Below, piece after piece: positions 13,682-24,165 of a stretch of 63,779 nt of DNA. The first letter of the stretch is position 1; each line of letters starts with the position of its first letter. This DNA comes from Chara braunii. Its lineage: Eukaryota; Plantae; Charophyceae. Below the pieces are notes generated by a model. The model saw only the letters and a list, made by a program, of their open reading frames with translations. It searched no databases and was not told the origin of the DNA. The stretch covers positions 1,730,958-1,794,736 of the forward strand of contig BFEA01000006.1 of the NCBI GenBank assembly GCA_003427395.1, given 5' to 3'. The translations under genes were made by a program, and so were the position numbers.

Positions 13682-13699
13682 TCCCCGGTAACGGCGCCA
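13682..13699 (-). promoter_or_regulatory. Primer-binding site, tRNA-Asp type
   Basis: Minus strand TGGCGCCGTTACCGGGGA, one mismatch to the complement of the plant tRNA-Asp 3' end; lies 4 nt after ...TGCGACA. Confidence 0.85.
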
Positions 13700-14442
13700 T
13701 TTTTGTCGCACTTTTTCCGGTGGGGCCACTTCGGGAGACCAGAAAGCCAACAGGCTCTCACGCAGGATTTTGGATGATGTTTATCCCCGGTCTTAGGAAT
13801 CTTTTATAGTAGCTGCATGCATCAGAGCTGATACTGGGGTAGGGTGTCCGGTAACCAAGTATGGAATCCTATTTGTGCGGATTTTCCTACAACTCCAATA
13901 AAGAGTAAACACAAATAGTAGTTAGTGCATGAATTTTCATATTAAAAAAAGAAAAAAAGGGTTCCCACACAAAGGCACTAGCACAAGCAAAAATGGTTGA
14001 TTTTTTATTCGGAACAGCAAGATCATGCAAATAATTATCATACAATTCTGGTCTGTCATGCATCAATTTGCCAATTTTATAATATTGAGAAGTGTGACAG
14101 AATCATCAAAGAAAGCAATCATCAACAGAGCAGTGCAACGAAGCAAAACTGACAGACTCGAACACAGACAAAATTAAGGAAGGGGAGAATGAAAACTCAT
14201 AATAGTCTCAGAAAGCACACATGTAGAGAGCATGGTCAGCACCAGTTAAGAGTCCTCACTCATCCCTCTGAATCCTCACACTCAATCTCTCATTTAACTA
14301 TCGGTCTCTCGTGCTTTCGGTCTTGTCTCCGCACTTTCTGAGGTCGTGGTCTCTATATGTAGAGCCACTTGAAGCCTGCGAGCTCTGAACACTTTCATCC
14401 AAGGTACATGATCGGAAAATCAATCATGGAGCAGAACTCTTC

Positions 14443-14946
14443 TCATAGTGTAGGTAGATAGAGTCTGGAGAAGATTCCCCGTCTGAGATGCTCGAACTCT
14501 GAAGGCTCTGTCAAAGCCTGACAGTCAATTTGTGTTGGCGAGATGTACCTCTTTGCCAAGTCTATCAAGTCGCCCCAGCTAGAGTCGTCCGTGAGGAAGA
14601 AAGGGACTGGCGATCTGGGATAGTCAAAATAGAGCTTGGGTCCGAAGCTACGAATCAGTTTTGTCCCACCCTTATCAAGCTCTTTTTCTCTCTCCTCAAG
14701 ATACCTGGTTGCTGCATCCCAGACTGAATCAAAGTGTTCATGGGTCTCCTTCCCTTTCTTTACATAAGGTCTCAAGTCCCGAATGGTTCCTTCGGCGAAC
14801 TCAATGTGAACCACAAAAATTGATAGCTCGTTTCGCTTGAAACCAGTTGCCGTGACGTACCGAGACTGAAAAGCTTCCTTGGTGGCAATCTGATTAAGGT
14901 TGGTCAAAACTGACCTCGCAGCTGAAAAGGTCTGGACTGTATTCAT
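14443..14946 (-). CDS. LTR-embedded hypothetical protein ORF-B (167 aa)
   Basis: Open ATG-to-stop ORF with a clear homologue at ~49703-50187 (+), e.g. FGPKLY.DYP..PVPF.LTD.S.W.DL.DLAKRYISP. Confidence 0.7.
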   Translation of the reverse strand: MNTVQTFSAARSVLTNLNQIATKEAFQSRYVTATGFKRNELSIFVVHIEFAEGTIRDLRPYVKKGKETHEHFDSVWDAATRYLEEREKELDKGGTKLIRSFGPKLYFDYPRSPVPFFLTDDSSWGDLIDLAKRYISPTQIDCQALTEPSEFEHLRRGIFSRLYLPTL

Positions 14947-15584
14947 GTGGCAAGTCGGGTGCTGAAAAACGACCCGTCTCCTTTTTGTGGCTTCTGGTCA
15001 ATGATTGATATTGAACTCCGACACAAAACAAGGATGGTTGTGAGTTGATGGAATGTTGGCTGAAGATACAAATAAAAGTGACAGAAAGTAGGTTGACTCT
15101 GACTGGAAATTTTCTAGTCACTCGACTGACTGTACGTTAATTGAACCCTGACCGAGTGCTGGTTAAATGTTGATTGGTCCTAGTTGAAACTTCCGTATAG
15201 TTTGAATACTTGATTCATAATCATGTACAAGCATAAATGTCAGAACCAATCTTCAACGTCTCCCACTAAAAGTACTGTTTGATTCGTACTGAACTCAGAT
15301 ACCGGTGAAAAACGACTGGAAAGATGATAGACCTTTGTTGATGTCTTATAAAAACTCCCCAGAAGGTGTGGTGTTGTTGTTTTGGCGGAATCATTGAACA
15401 TTGATTGCTCGGCAACGTACCGAAAACTCGTTTACTTAGTAGGACAGCAAGGTACCGTTTACTTGGCAACGCAACACTAAGTGTTGATCACTTGGTAACA
15501 CGGTACTGAGTACTGTGATGTGGGGGACTGAACGCTGCTTACTGGCCGGGCATGCTGAAGAAGAGGGAAAGGGTCTGAGCACAT

Positions 15585-16050
15585 TCACGCTCTTTCAATC
15601 TCTGTCCTGGCCAGTTCAATCGTTTCTAGGAACGAGTAGATATTGTTCAACTTTTCGTTAGGCCTATAGGAATATATGATGTATTTAATGTTTTTCTGAG
15701 TTTTCACTACCGTCAGTGCGTGTTCACTCATTAACCTTATGTGGCACTGAAAACTCTCAGGTGCTTCCTCCCCCAAAGTTTTCACTTTATCTTGGTAAAG
15801 TGCGTAGGACACCAATAAGGTGTCTTCACCCCCCATGTTTCCTCTATTTTGCAGAGATTCTCAAACCACTGCCCCAAGTAGAGAGCTTGAGAAAACATAC
15901 TGAAGGAGTTTAACTGCAGTGTCTTTCCACCAAGGATAGGTTGCCAATCTTCGGTGTCGAACAAGCATCCTACGGCCGGCTAGAGTTTGAGATCACTAGT
16001 AACGGTCCACTGCCACAATAAATGACTGCCCTAGCTGTAATGGCAAGGGT
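15585..16050 (-). pseudogene. LTR-embedded hypothetical protein ORF-A (frameshifted)
   Basis: C-terminal 83 aa align with 49092-49337 (+): LLVSYALYQDK/LVIKYSLSRDK and KLNNIYSFLETIE/KLYNAGSFPETVE. Confidence 0.6.
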
Positions 16051-18717
16051 CTCTCTGCTTTAGACCGCCAGCGTGGGAGACAGCCTATCCTCATGAGGTG
16101 TACCCGGTATGATAGCTGGCATAATTTGTCAGATAGCAGGTGTGTCTAGATAAGCCCCTAATTAGAACCCTTCACGGGGTCATTAGTCTCTCTAGGCTAG
16201 GCACACAGACAATCAGCAGTAGTCCCGTAGCCTTGACAAAAAATTAGAAACCGAGGAGATTGGTTCACCCGCCTCACACTTCTGTGAAGACAGGCTCGCG
16301 TCCCCTCAGATAATGCTTGAGAGAAACAGGTCGTGCGTGCCACCAGAGACCTGAGACGAAGGATTGTTCTCTCTCCCCCTTTTTATTTTTATTTTTTATT
16401 TTTTTTGGCATGCATAGGCTCACATACACATCATTCCACTTTTCACAACCGAAGTGATCAAACTGATGCAAAGAACCGCCTCCCTTCAGGAAAGGGGCTC
16501 AACCCTGTCGGGTTTTGACAATTGGGTCATGACCAACGTTGATCAAGGAACGGGCCATCGAATTTTCTCCTTCAGCTAGCCAGAACTGCTAATACTAGTC
16601 TCCGTCCGGTAAGAACTTAGCAATCAAATAAGCAACATTTTTTAACTGTTTTTTCCTTCCCCTACAACTCATTACTCAGGGTCAGCACGCACGGGGAGTT
16701 GATCCTAATCACACTTTTAGAGTCAGCGAGTGTGAACGTTTATAGGCTAGTATGATCTCACGCTCGTGCAGTCACACAGATAATCACACAAATCATGCGG
16801 TAGCACGAGTATCTGTGGGCTCATAAGATCACACACACATATGGTCGTAGAGTTTTGTCACAGGTGTCATACCTGCCAGAGAGATAAGTTAAGACTGTTA
16901 ATGACACCTTTCCTGTTTCATCGTTGATAACCAGTAGAACTGCAGTAATCAAGTAAAGCATCCCTCTTTTTATGCTCCGGTGACATCATCTCGTTTGACA
17001 CACATTATTTTTTCCCACATGGCTTTAGATCACACTAAGGTCATTTTATTTGTATTGACGGGAACCGGCGGCGTCATGCATCTTGCTCGAGGCCAAACCA
17101 CCTTACCTCAGCGAAAAGTGTCCAAGGCCCGTTTGACTTCTCAGTTTGCTTGCCAGTCATCAACATACCTAGGTTGTCTCAGTACCTAGTACATCTCGTG
17201 GAGGGAAAAACAGTTTCTCATCTACTAATAACTTGTACCTCTGCTAACCTTCTACTCGCCTTAGTGAGCAATAGTATGCTCGAAACCATACGACTCACCG
17301 TAGAATCGGATGCGATTGCCCATGCTATCAGTGTAGGCTTCCTCGCTCGAGTCTCATACAAACAGCCCTCAACAAGGGAACACATGATACCTAACGAGAG
17401 CATCGAAGTAGTTTCCACAGGTTTCTAGTGCAGATTTCACTCCTCAATTTAGAGCTCACTATATGCTCACGCACGTCCCACTGGCCACATACAGGTTACA
17501 CAACACGCACACGCATAGTCTTTCTCATCAACTCGTTCAAGGAGAATATGGTGACGACAACCCTCTCACGCGCTGGCAACCCCGCTTTATGGCAAAGACG
17601 AGACAAGGGATGATCACCAGACAGAACATATGAGCCAACCATCCAGCGCCCATAAGGCCTCCCTAAGGGCAATCTCTCTCTTGATTGATGACGCGTGTGT
17701 TTTGATAGCAACTGCTGGGTAGACTCAGACCCACCGCCTGGACCATCTCGCACGTCATTATCCCAGGGGTGGAAAGACACATGCCACGCAACTATACAAG
17801 ATGCCAATCAATAAAAAAAAGAAAAGAAAGGAGGAGCTTCGTCACCTATCATGTGCTAGACTCCAAACTGCTCTCCCTTGGTCCCCCTTCCTCATACGTT
17901 CACAAGGGCTGGAGTGCTTTCCCACTAATCGAACTTGAAGTTCGCATGATGCACTTGCAGGTCCTTTCCTCTTCTGCTTACTCAAGAAGCTATGTCGCTT
18001 GGTACAGGTTCAGAAGGCACGCGCGCTCCCACTAAGGCAGGGACAAAGGCGAGACGATTCCCGAGTGCATGATGAAAGCCTCAGGCACGACTGGAGCAAC
18101 GAGTGGATGGTCCCACCTCTTCCGGATCGCATCCGACTCAGGCATGCCGCACCTCATCACCTACTAACTCTCCCTTAGAGACTCGTTAATACCCATTGTC
18201 TCCCGAGCCTCTCCCCTTTTCGATCCTAGTCGCAACTGTCACGGGCATTCTTGGTCTGTGACTGCCCACCCTCTCAGTTTTCCATCGGTCAACTCAAGGC
18301 AGCTAAACTCGTCATGGTTGATCTGAACGACGTCACCATCCGCGACTCTTCGTGACCCTAGCTGCGCTGCGTTCTCCATAACCGTTCTTGCAAGTTGACC
18401 CGAGTCCCCCGTCCAGTGGTCCTGATCCCTTCGCCGCCATGAGCTGGCTTTTTTTTTTTTTTTTTTCACCCCCGAGCCCATGCTCAAAGGTGCCTATCGT
18501 ACTACGATGATCGTCCCTGATCGCATGGACCACACACACAAAGTATCTTGTGTCCGCTTGCTCGGCGAGCCCACATTGATGCCCACCACTTTTGTCGCAC
18601 CTCCCAAAAAAAGGCACACACTTCTCCCTAATGACCAAGCTGAACTCATGTTCATCAGTCGCATGACGAGGGAAAGCACAACCCGGCCTCCCTCACTTGT
18701 AACTGCCTCTTGCCCTC

Positions 18718-19098
18718 TCACTGCTGACACGAACTGGCCTCTGGGCCTTCCTCTACAAACTCGGTCGGCGGATGCTCTCTCCGCCACTGCTCCAGTCCGT
18801 GCCAGGACTGGGTCTGAGCAGCGCTGGCCTCGGACTCAGCATCTGAGTCTCGGTCCAACTCTTGCTGTTCTCTCTCGGTCGTGCTTGTGGAGGTCTCTTC
18901 TTCGTGGTAAGTAATAGTTAACTTTAAACTTGCAGTCACTCCATCCCTCCTGAACCTCCGCTCGGCTCGGTTACGAGTCTCCGTAATTTCGCCCCGGACC
19001 TTTACATCCTCCCTCATCTCCTGCTCCTTCTCGCCGTAGACGTTGATCTTCAACTTAGCCACCCCGTCGCTCTTGCTGTAGCTTAAACAGGCATCCAC
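18718..19098 (-). CDS. LTR-embedded acidic hypothetical protein ORF-C (126 aa or more)
   Basis: Homologue at ~44748-45133 (+) with many synonymous third-position differences. Confidence 0.65.
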   Translation of the reverse strand: MDACLSYSKSDGVAKLKINVYGEKEQEMREDVKVRGEITETRNRAERRFRRDGVTASLKLTITYHEEETSTSTTEREQQELDRDSDAESEASAAQTQSWHGLEQWRREHPPTEFVEEGPEASSCQQ

Positions 19099-19365
19099 GA
19101 CCTATATCCAAAAAGGTCATTGCTACGTGCCATATCCACGCCCCGTTCAACAGGCCCTGCTCTGCGCCAAGCCGCTTGCCTTGAATAGCTCGGTGCTCTA
19201 CGAGCACTCCCAGCGCCGAACAAACCTCGACCCAAGCCGGTGAGCCCACGATATAGGTGAGGTACCGTCGCGCAGCTAGCCACAACCAGCACTTCACCCC
19301 CTAGGCAATGAAGAGCATCTCTAACACCAGCCAATAGATCCCTAGTCAAGTGGCTATCTGCCACT

Positions 19366-19372
19366 ATTTATA
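19366..19372 (-). promoter_or_regulatory. TATA box of the putative LTR promoter
   Basis: CCTATAAATAGTG on the minus strand upstream of ORF-C; CCTATAAAAAGTG at the equivalent position (44441, +) in the second copy. Confidence 0.55.
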
Positions 19373-19821
19373 GGCTTTCCATGAGATCGTGACCTCTCCG
19401 CACTAACTGAGAGGTGACTGAGACCTCCCACTACTAACCAAGTGACCCGCCAATCTGCACCTACCGCCTTTTTAGCCTAACCTGAGGGGTCTGGCCCGAC
19501 GCGCAGTGATCCCATAACGGGATCCCGACCAAGTCCTCCCTTCCTTCATAAGGAGCCGTCGAGCTACTACAAGCGGGTGCCCACTTCCGATGGCAAAGAG
19601 GGGGTTTATGACCTGCCACGGGAGGTGATAAGCCTCCTACCGATGCGGCCGTGGGTTGCCCCTCTTTTGGGGTCCCACTGCGCAGCTCAACCGGACCGCT
19701 CAACCACAGAGTGACACGTGAGGGGTCGGACTAGTCTAGGCCGCAAACCGTAACCGAGTTCGAAGTTCGAGCCGTTGGCCTTCCCGCGAAATGACGGCTG
19801 AAAAAAACTGAAGAGAACTTA

Positions 19822-19857
<36 letters not shown>

Positions 19858-20647
19858 GTAATAATAATAACAAAGATAAAAATAAAATCGAAACAAAAGA
19901 AAAGGAAAAGTCACAGCGACACTACAACTTGAGGCCACCCATTCACCTCAGGCGAAAATAGCGAACAGTCTCGAGGTACAGACTCGGCATGCGACTTTCC
20001 CCTTTTCCCGTTTCTCCTCTTTTCTTCTTTCCTTTTTTTTTTTTTTTTTTTTTTTTTTTCTTTTCCTTTGTACCTAACCCAGATCACGACCTTCGGGCCC
20101 CGGTGCACGACTGAGTGGGCCTTGCCAGACCCGACAGTCACTTCAACTTCAGACCCACTGCAAGGCAGGGAATCGAGCCTACGCAACACCACCGGGAAGC
20201 CCAACAACCGTGTCAGTTCCGCGCGACCCTACAAACTGATGCCTGGCCTGCAGCGAACGCAGTTTTGAGCATCTAGCCCATAACCCGACTAGGAGGCATT
20301 CGGCGCAGTAGAAAAAACTGAGTCAGTCCCTCTGTCTTCGCGTCCCTGGGCGATCCCGGCGGCTACCACGACCACAGGCCGGTAGTGCTCTATTGTACAG
20401 CAGGGCGCCGAGCCTGCATGGACCAATGGAAAGTCCAGTGGCGCACCCTTTTGCTGAGGGCAGGCGCCAACTGGGCCGATTCATAGTAGGGTATAGCCCG
20501 TCACACTAAGTGGGCCTTGGAGGTTTGGGAACTATCCGACGAGCCGCAAGCGTCAAAGCGAGGAGCTAGTATTGAGCAGGAGTCAAGCACAGAGGAGGGT
20601 CGGAACACCTCGCCCTCCGACAGCTCGCAAACATCCGCGCACAATAC

Positions 20648-20715
<68 letters not shown>

Positions 20716-21571
20716 ACACACACACACACAATCAGTTTTATGTTTTCCAGTCTTTTTCTCTGTTGTCTGTTCTTCCGGTGATTTTTTCTAACTTCTTTTA
20801 TGTGCCCTACTGAGCACCCTTAAGTAGTGCCAAACAGTCGGTGTCCCTCGTTTGGAGTGCCAACTGCATTCTTAGGGGGGCTGCTCGGTTCGGGGCGTCT
20901 GTGTTGCCTGTCGGTGATGACGGATGTTCGGCGGAGTGACTCCCTGGCTCATTGGGTGGTGGGAACCAACAGTCTGCGGTGTTCACCCGTGATGTGAGTA
21001 GGTCATGTGTTGCTTTGCTCCGTGTTGGATGTGTGGGCTGCCTTATGCTGTCTGCGCGTCACCGTTGCCTTGCTGCCTATCCTGCTTGGGTCACGTGTTG
21101 TTCAGTGTGTGTTGTTACGTTCGCTGTGCAGTCTGGTTGTGGTAGTCGTGTTGCCTTGTGCTTCGCCGCGCTGCTTCCAAGCTGTCCATTCATGTGTCGT
21201 GCCTTTTGGGTTCCTTACTTGTGTGTCGTGTAGTGTGGTGGTCGTGTGGTTGTTGCCTTGTGCTTCATTACATGGACACTGTGTTGTGCCTCCACTTGCG
21301 GTGTTGTTCCTTGCAGTCGTCTGTGTCGTTCTGAAGTTGAGTGACTTCTGGTGCGTGGCCTGGTGCTTCGCAGGGTTGTTTCTCGTTGTCGTCCGCCGTT
21401 TGACGTGTTGTTCCTTGCAGTCGTCTTTGGTGTTGTGCGGTTGAGTGGCTTCGGGTGTGTTGCCTGGTGCTTCACACGGGTGTCGCTCGCTGCTATGTTC
21501 CGCTTGTGGGCAATCTGCCTTCAACAAGGGTCAAAGGGTTCATGACCCAAAACATCCAAAACCAGTACTCT

Positions 21572-21631
21572 GCAAATTGTCGAGGGGTCAACCTCCTGAT
21601 GAGTCGGTGCATTTCCGACGAAACATTCTGT
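21572..21631 (+). ncRNA. Type III hammerhead ribozyme (variant family)
   Basis: GCAAATT-GTC/GAGG-GGTCAA-CCTC-CTGATGA-GTCGG-TGCATTT-CCGAC-GAA-ACATTCTGT: intact core, perfect stems I and II, stem III with two mismatches. Confidence 0.9.
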
Positions 21632-22094
21632 CATCGTCACTTTTTATTGTTTTATTGTTTTCACTACTTTTTTTTTTCAACTTGCTCTTTATGTCTCTTC
21701 GCTTGTTGCCTTGTGTTGTTTGTATGCCCACCCGCCTCCCCCGCGCCATCCACCCTTCGTGCAATTGGTTGTTGTCTAATGCCTTGTTGCTTGTTGTCAT
21801 TCGCTTCATGTCTTGCCTTTGTAGCCTTCGTATGACATTCCATGGGTATCGGCGACGGACGAAGGAAAACATATGGTGCTGGCTATTATGCCAGTGATGA
21901 TGATGGTCTTGCTATCAATCTCACGTGTTTTTTCTTCGAGGGACCCACTTTATTCCTTTGGTCTTGTCTATGGGGATTGTTGGTTCGTGGCATTAGTCAA
22001 TTCTACGGATGGGTAATGCAGTGCAAGCAGCATGTGAATGGATCTAGGTGGAGGTTCCCATGTTTTCGGGTTGCTATGGTTGCTGTTGCACTTC

Positions 22095-22164
<70 letters not shown>

Positions 22165-22567
22165 CGCGCGCCACACACACATACCTACGCGCGCCACATT
22201 AACTCATTTCTTTAGGAAACTTTTTTCGTTGATTGGTTGATTGATTGATGGATTTATTGATTGATTGCGAGGGGTAACCCACCCCCCGCCTCCTCCTCAT
22301 GTGCATGCGCACACACGCACGCGCGCATTCACACACACACACATCCAAACTATTTTTTTGTTTTCTTTTATTTATTCTCACATATACAGGACCACGTTCG
22401 CAATCCGATCACGGAGGGAAAAAACATAGGAAAACTTTGGCGTTCGGCCGAACGCGGACCGAGGGGGAGGGGGGCGAACGTTGGGTTGTTCGGACTCGGA
22501 CAAACTTCGGTAACCCTGTTGTGTAAGAGGTTTTTTTTTCTCCTCGCTTGTATATATTGCGAATTGG

Positions 22568-22875
22568 AAGACCTCAACCACTTAATACATCTAGAGCGTT
22601 CGAATAAACCTCTCCTTAAAGTTAGGAGACTCTGGATAGCCGCCGCCTAAGGGTTAGTGCAATTTATTTTTTGAGTTGAGGGTTGGTCCTAGTGCCACCT
22701 CCCGACATGGGCCAATTATTTTTTACTGGCCCTTCAGACGCCTTGTCCCGAGCCTCAATCATTTAAGGACACAATAAAAGAGAGAAACAAAGTCAGGCGG
22801 CCTCTATCCAGAGTCTCCTAACTTTAAGGAGAAGCTTATTCGAACGCTCCAGATGTACTAGTAGTCGAGGTCTTT
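22568..22875. mobile_element. MITE-like element with ~80-bp imperfect terminal inverted repeats
   Basis: 22568-22648 (...ACATCTAGAGCGTTCGAATAAACCTCTCCTTAAAGTTAGGAGACTCTGGATAG...) is the reverse complement of ~22795-22875. Confidence 0.8.
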
Positions 22876-23201
22876 CAAAACAAAAATTACGTACGTGGTT
22901 TTTTAGTTCTACACTTATAAAAACATTTATTTTACTAGATGGAGAAAGGTATGTAGTATTTGAGACTACAAGTGCAGTGTATGAACACATATTGCCGCAT
23001 ACATTTCAATAACCTATACAATTTATTTATTTTTCAATCTTATATGCAAAACTATGACTTTGTTTTTCTTTTTTATTTTGCAATTTATAAAAGCAAAAAC
23101 AATGGATATATCTCTCCTCCATCATTTCTCTCATTACCGATATCGACTCCCTCTCCTTTTGTCCTCTTTCTCTCTCTCTCTCTTTATATATATATATATA
23201 T

Positions 23202-23281
23202 GACGAAACAGTTTGTCACAGCCCTTCGTTTGTTGTCCTCTTCTCTCTCTCTGCCTACAGTTTACCGGACAGTTCTGTTTG

Positions 23282-23284
<3 letters not shown>
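23202..23284 (+). mobile_element. Heavily 5'-truncated copy of the hammerhead element inside (TA)n
   Basis: GACGAAACAGTTTGTCACAGCCC...CAGTTCTGTTTGTGA, flanked by (TA)n on both sides. Confidence 0.8.
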
Positions 23285-23354
<70 letters not shown>

Positions 23355-23412
23355 CCTCTTCTCCCTCTCTGTAGGCAGAGAGGGAGAAGAGGACAACAAA
23401 CGAGGGGTTGTG

Positions 23413-23472
23413 ACAAACTGTTTCGTCTGAGTTTCACCGACTCATCAGGAGGCTGAACCCTCAACAGTCTGC
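23413..23472 (-). ncRNA. Full type III hammerhead ribozyme
   Basis: Minus strand GCAGACT-GTT/GAGG-GTTCAG-CCTC-CTGATGA-GTCGG-TGAAACT-CAGAC-GAA-ACAGTTTGT: 9-bp stem III extended by GAGGGG/CCCCTC, one stem II mismatch, GUU cleavage site. Confidence 0.9.
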
Positions 23473-24165
23473 AGAATCCCCTCACTGATTACGCTGTAAA
23501 TGATAATCTACCTTAACCAAAATCAAAGTAGACTATCACTCACCACACACACACACACACACTATATATATATATATATATCATTCTGTGTGTGTATATG
23601 TGTGTGTGCAGAATACTCGATTCATTTTTTTGTGATTCTCCACCTAGGATTAAGAGAAAATGAGACATTGAATCTCAATTTGTCAGTCTCTCTCAATTCT
23701 TCTCTATATAAGTGTGTACCTGTTCTTTGAGATATGTTCGTTCATGTGTTTGTAATGCTATTTGTTTATTACGTGAGCTTTGTTATCCGTTTGTGATAAT
23801 TTTTTTGATGAAGCAGAGAAACTTCAGAATCTCCTAAAGTGGTCCACTACAGCAAAAGCATTACTATGAATATAACCGTTTGTGTGAGATTAAGGTATGT
23901 AGAAACTTGTATGACACGTATCATACTTGTTTTATGAATTCTCAAATTCACATGCGGCACAACTTATATATTCATTTGCTTCTTAATTAAGGACATATCA
24001 TACAAACGTATAGCATTATGTTACAAATAGTGATGACATTCTTTGTTTATTCCAACATTCATAACCTTTCCTCTATAAGGTACTAACATCACAGAGTTCA
24101 AACTTCGTTCTCCTTTGGAACAGGTTATATCTGATGTTCTTTAACTACGTAACAAAGTTGGCTAC

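Larger units (their letters stand above)
13704..20505 (-). mobile_element. Putative very long (~6.8 kb) LTR with internal ORFs
   Basis: Minus strand begins TGTGACG and ends TGCGACA just before the PBS. Collinear patches match 43.3-50.4 kb. The 5' boundary is inferred. Confidence 0.55.
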
